A stretch of DNA of 20,000 bases. It comes from an uncultured virus (IMG/VR IMGVR_UViG_3300031760_000031) (Duplodnaviria; Heunggongvirae; Uroviricota; Caudoviricetes). The DNA is taken from the IMG/VR virus record IMGVR_UViG_3300031760_000031, one strand, 5' to 3'. Under the pieces are notes generated by a model. It saw only the letters and a program-made list of their open reading frames with translations, was not told the origin of the DNA and searched no databases. Shown here piece by piece: positions 9,020 to 15,363 of the stretch (position 1 is the stretch's first letter; each line of letters opens with the position of its first letter). A program made the translations under genes and the position numbers.

Positions 9020-9281
9020 AACTGTTTGAATATAACTTAAGTTTTTCTTGTGGAATAATTTTTCCATTAATAAATTCTTTTCTAGAAATCATTAAAGGAA
9101 AAAATACGCAAACGCTTTTGTCTTTTTTATTAACACCTATCAAACTGTCATTAACATTCAAGTTTTCATGTAATCTATAGTCAAATACAAAATATGAATC
9201 ATATTCGATTCCGTTAACTATTTTCTTACCCTTAGCAGTTTTAAATTCCGATGCCAATTTAATTGCTTCTTTTAATTCCAT
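9018..9281 (-). CDS. Putative immunity protein for the upstream papain-fold toxin
   Basis: 87 aa with its own AAAGGAG RBS, 14 nt after the toxin stop. It is the only cassette gene without the LxH leader. The pattern (helix LKEAIKLA, E.DSYFVF, IGVNKKDKSV) is reminiscent of YrhB/Imm35-like immunity proteins. Confidence 0.55.
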   Translation of the reverse strand: MELKEAIKLASEFKTAKGKKIVNGIEYDSYFVFDYRLHENLNVNDSLIGVNKKDKSVCVFFPLMISRKEFINGKIIPQEKLKLYSNS

Positions 9282-9295
9282 ATTTTCTCCTTTAA

Positions 9296-11020
9296 CTATC
9301 TAAACTTCTTTGCATACTCTAAATCGTCTATCCAATCAGTCTCGATATGCTGATCTTCTAATACGCCTACAATATCTGGAATAATTCTCTCTAAATCGTC
9401 ATAAGTAACGTATGTAGACCATCCTCCAATTGGGTAAATCGGTTCATTACGCTTCAATTCCCCGGTTTTAATCTTTTCGGTGTAGTCATTATACATATTC
9501 ATATAAACCCAAGCAGCCTGTTCCATAAGGTCATTCTCGACTTTACCGCTATTAGCTATTTGAGCAGGACATGTAACATATGACATCCTAGATTTGTCGA
9601 TTTCCAAATTGTCAGTTCGCATTGTATAAATAGCACCACTATCAATGTCAATATCAGACATTTCTTTAGTGTAATTCTTATTTAGCGCTTGGCTTCTCGA
9701 AATGTACTCTTCAATATCAGCTTCATGATTTGAATTTCCAGAGTATTTTTCAGTAGGCTGAGTATCGATAAAATGAACTTCACCGTTTACGATCTCATAA
9801 TTGAAAATATGCCCACCATATGGATACCAACGGATTACTGTAAATCCACTTGAATCTTCGCCATTTGATTCAGCAAGTAGTTGCTTTTTAAGTTCGTCTG
9901 CTAATTGCTTAGACAATTGACGATCTTTTTTCTCGTCTACAAATGGTTCATAATTTTGGTCTAGAGAATTATAAATGTTTGAGAAATCAGTAGCAATGAA
10001 CTCGCCACCTTTATAAAAGCTTTCGATTTCTTCATTCGTCATCCCACCATAAATATCAGGAATTGCTTTAACATCAAGCCCTTTCAATCTTAAGTCGTAT
10101 GAAATTGAACATGAATAACAATTTGTCTGATAATAGGCATCTTCTTCATAGTTTGGATTAATCGTATCTCTATTTTGCTTTGGAGATAGTTTCTCTTTAA
10201 TTTGTCTAAATAAAGGCTCTTTCGTCTTTTGATCCGGCTTATTAGTAGGCTGATCGATTGTATCGACAGACTTTTTAGACAAATTTGAAATAAAATTCGA
10301 AATGTTTTTATAAACATCAGTTTTTCTAATGTCTCTTAATGCATGACGCGCTATTTTTGTAGCATGATAAGCAATAAATCTTAATGCTTTATCTGGTCCG
10401 ACAATAAGTCCTTCTGATTTTTTGTTATTATTTTTTGACAGATCACCGAATATGTTTCTAGCATTTACAAACTTGTCATGTCTTTCATTTGTTTCTGCTA
10501 ATCCTCTTTTTATAGAAGCTTTTGCATTCGTAACAAAAGTCGTAACTCGATCCTTTAAATTATTAACTTTGGAAATACTAGAAGCTACTTTATTTTGGAC
10601 TTTTTTACTCTTTTCTTTTGCTGTCTTTTTAACTGCAGTAAGGTTGACACTTAAATTCTTATTCTTACTAATAAAAGATTCAGCTTTTTTATAAAAATCA
10701 CTTACAGGTTTATTTGTTTCTTTCTTTGCTGACTCTTTTTTATTTATACCGCTTAAAAAGTTTCGTCCAAGCTGCTTATAGTCTGTTCTTCCGCCAAAGT
10801 TTTTGGCTGTAGAATTTAAAAAGTAGCCTAACGATTTAAATTTGTTGGCTACTTGTGATGCTTTCATATAAGTGTCATATTCTTTTTTTGTATAGAAATA
10901 CCTGTACTTAGGTTTCGAAGTCGACCCAAGATTTATTCGCTGATAGTATTTGTGTTTTTCTTTTTCAGCTCCTAATTTAAGGCCCCAGTGGTATAGCTCT
11001 TTACTTTTTAGATACTCCAT
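9296..11020 (-). CDS. LxH-leader protein with papain-fold (Tox-PL-like) Cys-His-Asp toxin domain
   Basis: Leader ELYHWG...HKYYQRI...KYRYFY and a long basic linker, then INPNY...TNCYSCSISYDLRLKGLDVKAIP (Cys 10118-10120), WYPYGGHIFNYEIVNGEVHFIDTQ (His 9809-9811, Asp 9764-9766) and RTDNLEID. Confidence 0.78.
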   Translation of the reverse strand: MEYLKSKELYHWGLKLGAEKEKHKYYQRINLGSTSKPKYRYFYTKKEYDTYMKASQVANKFKSLGYFLNSTAKNFGGRTDYKQLGRNFLSGINKKESAKKETNKPVSDFYKKAESFISKNKNLSVNLTAVKKTAKEKSKKVQNKVASSISKVNNLKDRVTTFVTNAKASIKRGLAETNERHDKFVNARNIFGDLSKNNNKKSEGLIVGPDKALRFIAYHATKIARHALRDIRKTDVYKNISNFISNLSKKSVDTIDQPTNKPDQKTKEPLFRQIKEKLSPKQNRDTINPNYEEDAYYQTNCYSCSISYDLRLKGLDVKAIPDIYGGMTNEEIESFYKGGEFIATDFSNIYNSLDQNYEPFVDEKKDRQLSKQLADELKKQLLAESNGEDSSGFTVIRWYPYGGHIFNYEIVNGEVHFIDTQPTEKYSGNSNHEADIEEYISRSQALNKNYTKEMSDIDIDSGAIYTMRTDNLEIDKSRMSYVTCPAQIANSGKVENDLMEQAAWVYMNMYNDYTEKIKTGELKRNEPIYPIGGWSTYVTYDDLERIIPDIVGVLEDQHIETDWIDDLEYAKKFR

Positions 11021-11032
11021 TTTGATAATCTC

Positions 11033-11467
11033 CTATCCTAAAGTAGTAGTATGACTAGTAACCTTAATACGACTCTTCTTTGACTTTTTCTTCTTTGATA
11101 GCTTTTGAATAAAACTAGCTCCTTTTGAAGCTGCTCTTTCAACGCCACGTTCAATCTTTCCTTTTGTCTTAAATACAGTAACTGAGCCATCGCTCGATTT
11201 AACCTGGATTTTATTTGAAAGCCAACTGTTACCATTACTAGTAACTTCTTTGTATCTAGTAATACCGCCGTTTCTTTCAACTTTTACATATTCTTTTGTT
11301 GTTGGACGCAAATCAGTAGTTGGAGTTCTAAACTGATTCGTCATTCCTTTGTAAATATAAATCCACTTACCATTTCTCAAAAATTTGTCAATATATTTAT
11401 GATTGGTCCATGAAGAACCTTTAGCCGCATGGGCTAATTCTTTTGATCTATATAATTCATATCCCAT
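11033..11467 (-). CDS. LxH-leader basic protein (HKY...GKWIYIY type)
   Basis: SKELAHAAKGSSWTNHKYIDKFLRNGKWIYIY shares its leader type with the toxin gene (SKELYH...HKY...YRYFY). AGGAGG RBS. Confidence 0.75.
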   Translation of the reverse strand: MGYELYRSKELAHAAKGSSWTNHKYIDKFLRNGKWIYIYKGMTNQFRTPTTDLRPTTKEYVKVERNGGITRYKEVTSNGNSWLSNKIQVKSSDGSVTVFKTKGKIERGVERAASKGASFIQKLSKKKKSKKSRIKVTSHTTTLG

Positions 11468-11506
11468 AGTGGCCTCCTGTTATATAATGTTATAGAGGTG
11501 AATAAT

Positions 11507-11827
11507 ATGAAAATTGCTCAGATTTACTGTCCTAGTTGTGGTGGTTCAATTAAAGGTGACTTAACAAAAGATAGTGTAATCTGTCCTTTTTGTGGAACGC
11601 AGCTTGCTATCGATCATGAAAAGAAAGAAATTACTATAAACCAGAATATTAATAAGAATATTTCTATTAGTAAGAATCAAACAAAACGAATAATTGATGA
11701 AGCTGAAATAATTCGTGCAAAAACAGAAAATACAAAAGCAAAATCAAATGCAATCTCTGAAATAGCAGCAATTATAGCCTTACTAATCATAATTCTGTTG
11801 TCATTTTTAATGTCGATTATAGCTTAA
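11507..11827 (+). CDS. Zn-ribbon protein with C-terminal transmembrane helix (moron-like, opposite strand)
   Basis: Contains CPSCGG and CPFCG knuckles and a C-terminal IAAIIALLIIILLSFLMSIIA. GAGGTG RBS precedes ATG 11507 (the track starts at GTG 11498). TATAAT at 11483-11488. Fills the gap between terL and the cassette without overlap. Confidence 0.75.
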   Translation: MKIAQIYCPSCGGSIKGDLTKDSVICPFCGTQLAIDHEKKEITINQNINKNISISKNQTKRIIDEAEIIRAKTENTKAKSNAISEIAAIIALLIIILLSFLMSIIA

Positions 11828-11832
11828 TATAT

Positions 11833-13596
11833 TTAAAAACTATCCTTATTATGCTTAAACGCTACAAACGCATCCAGCATGGCTGCGACACAGTCTATCT
11901 TCTGTTCTGAACGTTTCTTATAGAGTTTACGATTTCCGTTCGTATCTTCTAGAGTAATACAATTACCCATGGCGAAATTCATGATTTGCTCGTCAAATAA
12001 CAAAAGTCTCTCTTCAGAGAGCTTTTTTAATTCTCCTAATGGAACCGATTCTGTTCTAGCACCCTGAATTACTTTCTCTACACCAAAAGGTCCTCGTTCT
12101 GTTGCCCAACGTTCTACAAATTCTTTTGCATTATATGGGTCATAACCAAAGCAATTTACATCATACTGATGCATATCGATAAACCGATCAAGATCCTCAT
12201 AGACATTCATCATATCGAGGATCGCTCCGTCCATTACAACAAGACTTCCTTCACGGATAAACTCATCGTATTTGCTCTTTAAAGCAGAAGGTAATTTCTG
12301 ATAAGTAAAAGCGCTGATATAGTTTCTTGTCTTAATGCCAAAAGATCCACCACGTAGAGGGAACATGAAAGTAAATGCACAAAAGTCATCCCCTTGAGAT
12401 AAATCACCACCCATAGCGCATTGCATTTTGTCGAATGACCGATATGGATGCGTCAGCGTTTCCTCATATGGGAAGTAATAAGTATAACCTTCAAGCGGAA
12501 TACCAAATCTCTTTGCAAGAATATCATTCCTATTTGCCGGAGATTTCTCAGCTCTTTCCTTGTCTAATTGATAAGTCTCATAGCTAACCGTGATTCCTAT
12601 GTTTGGATTTGCTTTAACCCACATAGCTGGGTTTTCTACTTCCTCGATCGAATCTAAACGATAATACCAAATCGATACTCTTGGGTTTATATAGTCACCC
12701 TTAAGTATGTCAATAAGCTCCATTTTGATTGTGTCGCCAGGACCATTACGAACTGTGCCCTCTGAAGAAGTCGCCACGATCAAATAGTCATTTACCTCTT
12801 CAATACCACCTTGCTCCTTAGTACAAGACTGCTCTATTGCACCAATAACGTCTTCCCTGGTATCACCAGAGAGCCATTCATCGACAGTAGCAATCTTAAC
12901 TCGATAACCCTGAAGCTTGTCTCGGCTCATTGGTTTGACTTCGATTGTGGATCCAGTAATAAAGTTCTGAATACCCTTCTTGGTAGAGGCTAGCTTAACT
13001 CGATCTGCTCGATTACCTGTTGTGTTTTGAAGTGAACCATATGTCATAAATTTAAACATAGGTCCTTTAGATCTGTTAATTGCTGTTCGTAATGGCGAAA
13101 GTACTTCATCCGCTTGAGCCATTGTTGGAGCTGTGACTGTTTGTCCATTTGAACTACGATCACAAATTAAAAAATATGCTTGCAAGAATGCAGCATACAT
13201 TGATTTTGCGGCGCCTCTGGCAATAATTAAAAATTGCTTTGTGATTAACCGTTTTTTAAACATTTTATTAACATAATGCCCACCTCGACCATTTGGATCT
13301 GGGATGTATACACTACGTTCAATAAAGTAATACCATCCGAAGATTTCTTCCGCCCAAAGTTTAAATGATTCAAGCATTTTCACATCGCCGCCATTAGTGA
13401 GAGTTAACTCATTCTCGCAAAAAGCGACAAAACCATTCATTGCATCTTTGTCGTAATAAACTCCGGGGTTTTTAATAAGCTCATCAATACGGTTCATTTC
13501 CATAGCGATGTACTTATTAATTGGTGTCTCTCCTCTCATTACAGATTCTCTAAACTGGCCGTAATATATCGGTACGGCAGTATTAGATAGTGACAT
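11833..13596 (-). CDS. terL: Terminase large subunit
   Basis: 587 aa with Walker A IARGAAKS, Walker B IATVDE, WVKANPNIG, nuclease motif GGDLSQGDDF, GYDPYNA and C-terminal KIDCVAAMLDA. Confidence 0.93.
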   Translation of the reverse strand: MSLSNTAVPIYYGQFRESVMRGETPINKYIAMEMNRIDELIKNPGVYYDKDAMNGFVAFCENELTLTNGGDVKMLESFKLWAEEIFGWYYFIERSVYIPDPNGRGGHYVNKMFKKRLITKQFLIIARGAAKSMYAAFLQAYFLICDRSSNGQTVTAPTMAQADEVLSPLRTAINRSKGPMFKFMTYGSLQNTTGNRADRVKLASTKKGIQNFITGSTIEVKPMSRDKLQGYRVKIATVDEWLSGDTREDVIGAIEQSCTKEQGGIEEVNDYLIVATSSEGTVRNGPGDTIKMELIDILKGDYINPRVSIWYYRLDSIEEVENPAMWVKANPNIGITVSYETYQLDKERAEKSPANRNDILAKRFGIPLEGYTYYFPYEETLTHPYRSFDKMQCAMGGDLSQGDDFCAFTFMFPLRGGSFGIKTRNYISAFTYQKLPSALKSKYDEFIREGSLVVMDGAILDMMNVYEDLDRFIDMHQYDVNCFGYDPYNAKEFVERWATERGPFGVEKVIQGARTESVPLGELKKLSEERLLLFDEQIMNFAMGNCITLEDTNGNRKLYKKRSEQKIDCVAAMLDAFVAFKHNKDSF

Positions 13597-13599
13597 TGG

Positions 13600-13959
13600 C
13601 TAGATCTCCCCTATCTCTCCAACATAATTTTGTGTAATAAAACCTCTCCATTCAAGCTCGTCTATCGACTCTTTTAAGGCGGTAGCAAGAGCAGAAGAGG
13701 TTGGCGGATCAAAAATAGATTTGGTTTTTAATCCAGCCCAAGTAATGAGAGTTCTTAAATTTATTGGCTGACCTTTAATTAAAATGTCTGACCATTTCGA
13801 TGTATTGTCCTTGATCGTATGTGGTTCATCTGATAACCCTTCTTGGTAGACAATGAATAATACTGCATTTACTGCAATAATAAGATCTCTATCGAAATCC
13901 GTGTTTCTTCGGTCAATGCCAATAACATCTTTGATCGAATCTAAAATACTTTGGTCCAT
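13600..13959 (-). CDS. Putative head-tail connector (gp6/gp15-like)
   Basis: Helical protein SILDSIKDVIGI...FDRDLIIAVN...FDPPTSS...ELEWR. ATG 13959 has a GGAGGAGG RBS. Confidence 0.55.
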   Translation of the reverse strand: MDQSILDSIKDVIGIDRRNTDFDRDLIIAVNAVLFIVYQEGLSDEPHTIKDNTSKWSDILIKGQPINLRTLITWAGLKTKSIFDPPTSSALATALKESIDELEWRGFITQNYVGEIGEI

Positions 13960-13961
13960 GA

Positions 13962-14399
13962 CTACCTCCTCCAAGGACATGTATCATTCGGAGAACGCTC
14001 ATCCAAAGTAAAATTGATGATGTCATTCTCAAACCCGTAATGAATCAGATTATGGGTTTCTAATTTTGTAGTAATTAAATTATTTGGATCGAACACAATA
14101 GGATCTCGATTTAAAACATCTTCGATAGTAATCGGATTAATGTGATGAACGAGAATACCTTTGTAAATATCGTATCCTTCGCAAGCTAAGTCACATCCAT
14201 GATCACGAAGAATAATTCTATTTCTAGTTGATCGCCATTCCGGACACTTATAAAGAACTTGATTAAGATGTCGTTCGTATCCAAATGTCTCTTCCGCAAC
14301 AACACCATTAAGCATCAAATATAACAGACGATCTTTAAATCCGTTAATGGACATTAGTTCGTCGTAAGATCTAGAACGGTTCGATTTCGTCGTTATCAT
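13962..14399 (-). CDS. HNH endonuclease (terminase-associated)
   Basis: WRSTRNRIILRDHGCDLAC...VHHINP...NNLIT...THNLIH. Lies next to the terminase genes. Start uncertain (14399; the track gives 14450). Confidence 0.82.
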   Translation of the reverse strand: MITTKSNRSRSYDELMSINGFKDRLLYLMLNGVVAEETFGYERHLNQVLYKCPEWRSTRNRIILRDHGCDLACEGYDIYKGILVHHINPITIEDVLNRDPIVFDPNNLITTKLETHNLIHYGFENDIINFTLDERSPNDTCPWRR

Positions 14400-14724
14400 C
14401 GTCAGATGAATTTCCTGTATAAATTCCGAATGCTTGCATTGCTGCTGCAAATAATTCTTCCGAATGTTTAGCGGACTTAAGAGCTTCTGTCTTTGCTACA
14501 AGAAGTTCATTCTCTTTTCTTAGTTTCTCCAGCTCTAATTTCGACTTTGTTGATCCCAATCTGAGAAAGTGGACCAATTCTTGTGAAGAAGCTGTATGGT
14601 TTCTAATTCTATATTCGACTTCATCTGCTGCCAAAGCAATCAATTGATTCTCTCGGCCTTCTTCTGTCTCAGCTGGACGGAGTTTTGGTACAGTTTCGTC
14701 GGTGACTATACGCTTTTTAGCCAT
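14371..14724 (-). CDS. Putative terminase small subunit
   Basis: 117-aa helical/coiled-coil protein, the first gene after the cos-like site and upstream of HNH and terL. GAAAGGA RBS. Called from synteny only. Confidence 0.5.
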   Translation of the reverse strand: MAKKRIVTDETVPKLRPAETEEGRENQLIALAADEVEYRIRNHTASSQELVHFLRLGSTKSKLELEKLRKENELLVAKTEALKSAKHSEELFAAAMQAFGIYTGNSSDDDNDEIEPF

Positions 14725-14940
14725 GATCTCACTTCCTTTCCCTATGGTTCTTCTATAGTTTGACTATACTTTAGTGTCATTTATGAGGCATTAAATACTA
14801 GGAGAGTTGATGCCTCGAATACAAAAACGAAGACACCTCGTGCGAAAGGAGAGTAGAGCCCTAACACGGTACTTAATACCTCGTAAATAACGCTAAAGAG
14901 TACCATGTGGAAAGCGATCGGGTTTGAAAAATATCCATAA

Positions 14941-15019
14941 AAAATTCCGCCGGAGAATTTCTTGAGACCGCCGCGATGCAATAGGGGGTGGGGCTTTTGA
15001 GGACCCCCCTCCCTATGCA
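14941..15019. other. Candidate cos/packaging-initiation site
   Basis: GC-rich island in AT-rich DNA. A short IR (AAATTC..GAATTT, 14942-14960), a GC core (14965-14976) and a G-run/C-run IR (14977-14993 with 15004-15019) lie just upstream of the terS-HNH-terL block. Confidence 0.5.
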
Positions 15020-15052
15020 AAAAAGAAAGAATGATAGAACAATTAATTTATT

Positions 15053-15349
15053 CTATGAACTTTTATAGTTTTTATTAATAACTTTTTTGTAAATGTGCAT
15101 AAAATCGTTTGCAATGATTTCATCGATCGCACGTTCGATCTCATCATTGTTTAATTCATCACTTAATTGTTCTGAAGTATTGGCTATTCTTGCTAAATAA
15201 TTGCTTGAACAATAACCTTTTAAGTTGTCATACATTAGCCAATCACTAAATTGAGTAAATGGATTATATGGATTGTCAATTGTTGTTAAAGCGAATTTCG
15301 CGTTGTTCTCAATTGAACTGTTCTTGATTTCAATTTCTTCTTTTTTCAT
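15053..15349 (-). CDS. Small acidic protein directly downstream of the RNAP gene
   Basis: LTTIDNPYNPFTQFSDWLMYDNLKGY...YLARIA...EIERAIDEII. AGGTGG RBS precedes ATG 15349 (track start 15361). Confidence 0.75.
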   Translation of the reverse strand: MKKEEIEIKNSSIENNAKFALTTIDNPYNPFTQFSDWLMYDNLKGYCSSNYLARIANTSEQLSDELNNDEIERAIDEIIANDFMHIYKKVINKNYKSS

Positions 15350-15363
15350 CCTTAATACCACCT

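Noticed and set aside
13962..14450. Mobile homing endonuclease or intron
   Set aside because: The flanking genes are intact and no intron structure is evident. The position fits a terminase-accessory HNH.
14781..15020. 79-aa minus-strand ORF
   Set aside because: No RBS (preceded by a T-run), atypical composition, and it overlies the cos-like and hairpin elements. More likely non-coding.
14977..15030. Rho-independent terminator for the RNAP operon
   Set aside because: The U-tract precedes rather than follows the stem on the minus strand, and on the plus strand the stem is followed by A's.
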